A stretch of 20,906 nucleotides of DNA from Promethearchaeota archaeon (GTDB lineage: Archaea; Asgardarchaeota; Odinarchaeia; Odinarchaeales; JBHLKK01). Shown piece by piece: positions 16,062 to 20,906 of this stretch. A program made the position numbers and the translations under genes. Every line of letters starts with the position of its first letter. Within the stretch, counting starts at the first letter, position 1. The stretch lies in the NCBI GenBank assembly GCA_048939465.1, contig JBHLPL010000026.1, forward strand, positions 1 to 20,906, in the 5' to 3' direction. Under the pieces are notes generated by a model. That model worked only from the letters and a program-made list of their open reading frames with translations. It was not told where the DNA came from and did not search any database.

Positions 16062-16517
16062 TTATCCACCAAGTTGACCTATCATCATGATGGCAATTAG
16101 CAGTGCATAGATCGCAAGAGCTTCAGCAAGAACTACCGCCAGCATGCTTTTTGCGCCTACCGCTGGGCTTTCGGTTACAGCTGCGGTCATGGCAGCACCA
16201 GCATAAGCAATCCCAATCCCTGCTCCTATGGCACCAAGACACATTGCGAGCCCAGCAGAAAGTGCAATGAAGCCTTCTGAGCTCTCCATGCCAGGCGTAG
16301 CAGAACCGAGTATCATAATGGAGATCAGCAGACCGTAGATTGCCAGAGCTTCAGCGAGCACAACGGCAATCATTGTTTTTGAGAAGACCTCTGGACGCTC
16401 TGTCAGTGAGCCAGCCATAGCAGAGCCATTACTTGCAATTGCCATTCCTGCACCAAGAGCCGCAGCACCAACAGAAATTGCTGCACCGATCATTGCAAGG
16501 GCATAGCCGTCTACCAT
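16062..16517 (-). CDS. atpK: A/V-type ATP synthase subunit K (c), duplicated 4-TM proteolipid
   Basis: Two hairpins, each with VVLAEALAIY; Gly/Ala-rich inner helices; AGGAGG RBS about 10 nt before ATG 16517. Confidence 0.95.
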   Translation of the reverse strand: MVDGYALAMIGAAISVGAAALGAGMAIASNGSAMAGSLTERPEVFSKTMIAVVLAEALAIYGLLISIMILGSATPGMESSEGFIALSAGLAMCLGAIGAGIGIAYAGAAMTAAVTESPAVGAKSMLAVVLAEALAIYALLIAIMMIGQLGG

Positions 16518-16540
16518 TGGAAACAAACCTCCTTCTCTAA

Positions 16541-18340
16541 TTAACCTTTCAATATGGTATAAGTTCTTTTGAGCGTGAACGGAGTGTATTCGATTCCTTC
16601 ACCCTTATAAAACTTGAGGAAGAACTCCACCCAGTGAAGCCTGACTACATGAATGAAGACTACCAAGCCTTCAAGCATCATTATGATCATAACGGTAAAT
16701 AGAGGCAGAATTATGAAGTACATGATGCCCCCGAAAGGACCTGAAAGTGTAATTGCGGCCGTAGAGAATCCTTTGTGAACCATTGCCAGTGCCAGTATTC
16801 GTCCATAGGAGATCGTGTTTGACAGTGATGAGATGAATGCCTCTATGGGAACCATAAGACCTGTCAGTAGTCCCTCTCCTGATCGCATGGCGAGCACAAG
16901 ATTACCAACAAACATCAGTATCAGGGGCAAAATAAAAAGCATAAGTATCGGACTAGCAAAAGTCCTTACAGCAATATCCCCAAACCAATCAAATATGTTT
17001 GACACACCAAACCCCGGCAGGTAGAGGACTATGTAAGCTGCGCCCAGATAGAACCACAACCAGCAGCCAGGTTCGAAGAATGCGTGTATGAACTCCTTAT
17101 TCTTCAGTTTGTTAATCAGGCTGAACACAAGACCTATGCTCATATGAACTACTCCTACAAACAATGTTGCCTTGAAGAAGACCATAGTGTGCTCAAATGG
17201 ATCTATCCACAGCGGCCCATGAGGATCGACAGCCATCGGATTGTATCTAAATAGGACTGTAGACATGGCAGCGATTATTGGTCTCAGCGGTTCAACGATC
17301 TGGATGTACCATATTTGATGGATTATATGATAACCGAATAATTCTCCGTACATAAACCCGAAAAATATCGAACTTATTCCACTGGCCGCTAGTAATCCTC
17401 CGCCTTTTACGACATACATCATGAATTCGCTGAGCACCAGCCCCTTTCTGTAGGCAACGACTCCAGCCAATCCTGCCAACAGAAGTAGAGTTCCGTGACC
17501 GATATCACCAAACATCATCCCGAAGATTATGGGGAACGTGATCCACATCAGGAAAGTAGGATCAAGTTCATTGTATGACGGGGTACCGTAACTCTTGGTG
17601 AGTTCTTCTACAGGACTCATAAAGCTTGGGTTCTGCAGCAGAGAAGGCGGCGTATCCACTTCTTCAGAAGTGCTTGGAGAATGAGAAGAACGACGGGGTT
17701 TAGATAATTCCAAGAAGCAAGTATTATCAGTCACGTCTTTGATTCTTTCGGTGAAGATTCTTTCGCTTTTTGCAGGCACCCACCCTTCAATAGCGTAGGT
17801 TCGCGCAGTTTTCCCGAATTTTGTCTTAACCTCTTCAGCGCTTTTCTCCAGTTCAACGGCTTCTTTCAGAGCCAATAGGTCCACAGAGTGGGTCTTCGTT
17901 ATTGAATCACGTTTGGTCTGGAGATTCTTCATCTCGTCATCCATTTCAGGGGGTCTCTCTTCTGTGGCCTCGAGCTCACTCAGACGAGAGACAATTTCTG
18001 ATGAGCGTTCCTCAATTTCCTTTACTTTCATCTCATATTTTTCAAGGGATTTCTCACTCAGTTCCCTTTCAACACTGATTAAAGTCTTGGGAGTGGGTCT
18101 TAGTGTAACGGGAATATGCAGTTGTTCAATGAGGGTATCTATTCTGCTGGAGAGGGTTGACAGGCGGAAGTATTTATCAGAAGGTTCAACAATATCAACT
18201 AATCCTTCATAGTCATCGAGCTTTTCTCGAATATCGATGAAGTGAGCCACACCGAGCTCCCCCAGGGTTCTAACGACGTCATCAACGTATCCCTGCGCTA
18301 TTATGAGACTGAATTTCTTCATCTTCGCTGGTTTGAACAT
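16541..18340 (-). CDS. atpI: A/V-type ATP synthase subunit I (a), short form
   Basis: MFKPAKMKK, IEGWVP, PPSLLQNP, YGTPSYNELDP, FGMMFGDIGHG, essential Arg in SYGRILAL, and RLHWVEFF.KFY.G.G. Confidence 0.95.
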   Translation of the reverse strand: MFKPAKMKKFSLIIAQGYVDDVVRTLGELGVAHFIDIREKLDDYEGLVDIVEPSDKYFRLSTLSSRIDTLIEQLHIPVTLRPTPKTLISVERELSEKSLEKYEMKVKEIEERSSEIVSRLSELEATEERPPEMDDEMKNLQTKRDSITKTHSVDLLALKEAVELEKSAEEVKTKFGKTARTYAIEGWVPAKSERIFTERIKDVTDNTCFLELSKPRRSSHSPSTSEEVDTPPSLLQNPSFMSPVEELTKSYGTPSYNELDPTFLMWITFPIIFGMMFGDIGHGTLLLLAGLAGVVAYRKGLVLSEFMMYVVKGGGLLAASGISSIFFGFMYGELFGYHIIHQIWYIQIVEPLRPIIAAMSTVLFRYNPMAVDPHGPLWIDPFEHTMVFFKATLFVGVVHMSIGLVFSLINKLKNKEFIHAFFEPGCWLWFYLGAAYIVLYLPGFGVSNIFDWFGDIAVRTFASPILMLFILPLILMFVGNLVLAMRSGEGLLTGLMVPIEAFISSLSNTISYGRILALAMVHKGFSTAAITLSGPFGGIMYFIILPLFTVMIIMMLEGLVVFIHVVRLHWVEFFLKFYKGEGIEYTPFTLKRTYTILKG

Positions 18341-18493
18341 TATTAATCACCGAGCGGAGTCATTTGGCCTATCGATGCTCAATTTGGTCTGAGAGGGATT
18401 ATCTTGGAAAGTTACCTTAATATATGCTTTTCGGTTGATGGTTCAGTTGTTACTTATGAATTTATCGTGAGCGGGAGAAGCAAATCTAGAGAG

Positions 18494-19006
18494 TCAGTCT
18501 CGTTTTCGTGTAATTGCACCGCCGATAAGTCCTCCGACCAGCGCTGCCCCACCGCCTTTGAGTCCCTCAATAAGCCAAGTTCTCAAAAGAACAATAGACG
18601 AAGTATTGATTAAAGCGTTTACATCCAGACCAAAAAAGATAACCCAATAAAGGATCCAAGAGATGATCACCGCAAGTATTCCTGCAGATAAGCCCGCACC
18701 AGCTCCTCGGAATATTCCCCTGGAGACCAAACCACCGACCAAGCCTGCGCCTCCCCAGACAAGTATATTTAGCAGAAAGAACTCTTGGAAGTTCAGAAGT
18801 ATTCCATGTAATAACGGATTTGACCAATTGATTGGATCACCGCCCAGAATGAATAGGAATTGCATTTCCAGGGCTGGTATGTTTCTGATTAACACTATGG
18901 CTTGAGGATTCATCAATTCTGGAGGAATATTGCCGTAGAGAAGCAGAAACCACACAATCAGTATCGCTGTGCCAACACTAGCTAATGACCCAAGGCCTAC
19001 ACCCAT
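18494..19006 (-). CDS. Hypothetical ~4-TM glycine-rich membrane protein
   Basis: 170-aa ORF with repeated GxxxG helices (GGAGLVGGLV, GAGAGLSAG, LVGGLIGG) and a basic tail; GGGGGG upstream of the ATG. Confidence 0.7.
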   Translation of the reverse strand: MGVGLGSLASVGTAILIVWFLLLYGNIPPELMNPQAIVLIRNIPALEMQFLFILGGDPINWSNPLLHGILLNFQEFFLLNILVWGGAGLVGGLVSRGIFRGAGAGLSAGILAVIISWILYWVIFFGLDVNALINTSSIVLLRTWLIEGLKGGGAALVGGLIGGAITRKRD

Positions 19007-19248
19007 TGCTTACCCCCCAAGAGTAGATTGTGATGATAAAGAGGTATTTGCAGCAAGCTGAGAACAGATAAGCGTTTATTGGATTAAAATATGCCACCTG
19101 ACATATTTAACACTTTCCAGATCAGATGAAAAGAGTCAGAGACACCACACATCCCGATGAAAAACCTCAGTAAGGTCATATAAAGACACTGAAATCAGGC
19201 ATAAAGGATTAGAAATCAAAAGCCTTTTATGTTCATAAATTAGTAAGA

Positions 19249-20358
19249 ATGAAGCTGTGGGAGAAGGGAACAGAATTGAGTAAAATCAGAATAGCTATGA
19301 CAGGAATTGGCAATTGCGCCTCTTCATTAGTTCAGGGTCTGGAATATTACAGGAACATCACAGGTAAGGAGAAGCACGTGCCGGGCCTAATGAATCCCAG
19401 CTTAGGAGGTTATCTGCCCAAGGATATTGAGGTTGTAGCAGCTTTTGATGTGAACAAGCGAAAGATTGGAAAGGACGTATCTGAGGCCATATTTGCCTAC
19501 AATAATTGCACAGAAAAAATATCGGATGTTCCTGAGCTAGGGGTAAAGGTGTCACCTGGCCCCATATTAGATGGAGTGGCCCCTCATATGAGAAAGACAT
19601 TTGACATCTACAGTGAAAGCAATATTAAACCCGCAGAAGTATCCCAAGTCTTGCGCGAAAGCAAAGCGGAGATACTGATTAACTTCCTGCCAGTTGGAAG
19701 CAGAAAAGCTTCGATATTCTATGCCGAAGAGGCCATAAAGGCAAAATGTGGGTTCATAAACGCTATTCCTGAGTTCATCACTTCGGATCCAAGTTGGGCC
19801 AAGCGATTTGAGGATTCGGGCTTGCCGATTGCCGGAGACGACGTAAAATCCCAGCTTGGTGCAACTATTCTCCATAGGGCAATCATGAAGCTGTTTATTG
19901 ACCGAGGTGTTCGCGTTGATGAAACATATCAGCTGAATATCGGGGGAAACACAGATTTCGAAAATATGACCGTTGAGGAAAGATTAAAGACCAAGCGTAT
20001 AAGTAAAACGCAGGCTGTCACGAGCTTGGCACCCTATGAGATTCCGACTCGGATTGGTCCTAGCGATTATGTTTCTTTCTTAGGAGATAAGAAGATTTGC
20101 TACATTTGGGTTAAAGGTAGAGGATGGGGTGACCTACCAATAGTCGTTGATGTTAAACTTGCAGTCGAAGACTCTCCAGATTCAGCTGCAGTAGTAATAG
20201 ACGTTGTTCGTGCCATGAAACTGGCTCTGGATAGAGGAATTAAGGGTCCACTCACTAGCATTTCTGCCTATTCATTCAAACACCCACCTGAGCCTGTTCC
20301 AGATACTATTGCAAAAAAGTGGGTTGAAGAGTTTATCCAAGGAAAGAGAGAAAGGTAG
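19249..20358 (+). CDS. ino1: myo-inositol-1-phosphate synthase
   Basis: GIGNCASSLVQG, VVAAFDV, NFLPVGS, GDDVKSQLGAT, QLNIGGNTDF, KRISKT, VEDSPDSA and SAYSFKHPP. Confidence 0.95.
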   Translation: MKLWEKGTELSKIRIAMTGIGNCASSLVQGLEYYRNITGKEKHVPGLMNPSLGGYLPKDIEVVAAFDVNKRKIGKDVSEAIFAYNNCTEKISDVPELGVKVSPGPILDGVAPHMRKTFDIYSESNIKPAEVSQVLRESKAEILINFLPVGSRKASIFYAEEAIKAKCGFINAIPEFITSDPSWAKRFEDSGLPIAGDDVKSQLGATILHRAIMKLFIDRGVRVDETYQLNIGGNTDFENMTVEERLKTKRISKTQAVTSLAPYEIPTRIGPSDYVSFLGDKKICYIWVKGRGWGDLPIVVDVKLAVEDSPDSAAVVIDVVRAMKLALDRGIKGPLTSISAYSFKHPPEPVPDTIAKKWVEEFIQGKRER

Positions 20359-20475
20359 GCATTCCTCTGAAATACCTAGAAATCCGACTTTGCGCTGCAG
20401 CTTGTTGTATTCCCGAGTCAACGGCACTTGTTCAAAGGAGCTAAAGACAAGGATGTCTTCAACGTCTTTAGGGTC

Positions 20476-20906
20476 TTAGTCCGCGTTGTTTGCCTTGATT
20501 GACTTCAAGTAAGGACCAACGGGAGAGATATCATCAAAGACGACATCGGGCATTGCAGAGAGTAGTACCTCCTTTCGAGCACCGCCCGTTTGGACCGCCA
20601 CTGTCAATGCGCCGACAGCGTTGCCCGAAAGAATGTCGTACACATGATCACCTACAAAAACACACTCTGAAGGATTTACTTTTAGCTTATTCGCAGCCTC
20701 CTTGATTTCGTCGGTCTTCCACAGTAAACTATCCACTGGCCAGCAATCAACAAAGGAGAACTTCGTCACTATAACGTCGACATATTGACTCAAATCATGA
20801 CGAGCGAGTTCCAACAACACCTTTTCAAAAGGAGAAATACGGCCGGTTACTACTCCCATTTTGTAACCGTCTTTCTTAAGCATTTGAAGGGTTTCTTCTA
20901 CTCCCC
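20476..20906 (-). CDS. HAD-superfamily phosphatase, 5'-truncated by the window edge
   Basis: The frame is open to the window edge (GVEETLQMLKKDGYKMGVVT); motif II VVT and motif IV VFVGDHVYDILSGNAVG; ends PDVVFDDI. Confidence 0.85.
   Translation of the reverse strand, partial: GVEETLQMLKKDGYKMGVVTGRISPFEKVLLELARHDLSQYVDVIVTKFSFVDCWPVDSLLWKTDEIKEAANKLKVNPSECVFVGDHVYDILSGNAVGALTVAVQTGGARKEVLLSAMPDVVFDDISPVGPYLKSIKANNAD

Noticed and set aside
19030-19101. Possible C/D box sRNA (GTGATGA 19030, CTGA 19058, CTGA 19098)
   Set aside because: No clear C' box or terminal stem, spacers are atypical, and the C box coincides with the likely - strand TATA element of 18494..19006.
20358-20475. Open frame continuing past the HAD gene's TAA (DPKDVEDILV...)
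   Set aside because: The HAD fold is complete before the stop, the extension has no recognisable motif, and it runs antisense into ino1.

Overview
Archaeal chromosomal window of mostly housekeeping and bioenergetic genes. An Asgard (Promethearchaeati) origin is inferred from a longin + winged-helix protein and an MglA-like small GTPase; this is not a database result. Order: partial 4Fe-4S protein (-); membrane metal-dependent hydrolase; Ogg-type 8-oxoG glycosylase; GlcD/GlcF-like flavin/Fe-S dehydrogenase pair; HTH-ACT protein; possible IS5 relic; longin-tandem-wHTH protein with a small amphipathic helical partner; EndoQ; a four-gene complex I/Mbh-like membrane module (split NuoJ, NuoK, NuoN-like, - strand); a multi-hairpin candidate ncRNA; an MglA-like GTPase with one in-frame TAA; ArgRS; GcvH-like protein; an AtpZ-like gene plus A/V-ATPase subunit C, converging on subunits K and I; a 4-TM membrane protein; Ino1; partial HAD phosphatase. 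No rRNA, tRNA, CRISPR array or intact mobile element was seen. Best leads: the longin-wHTH/anchor pair, the + strand structured RNA with a K-turn/SECIS-like core, the interrupted GTPase, and an unusual ATPase membrane sector (subunit I apparently lacking its distal lobe, c subunit with two Glu, putative assembly factor).
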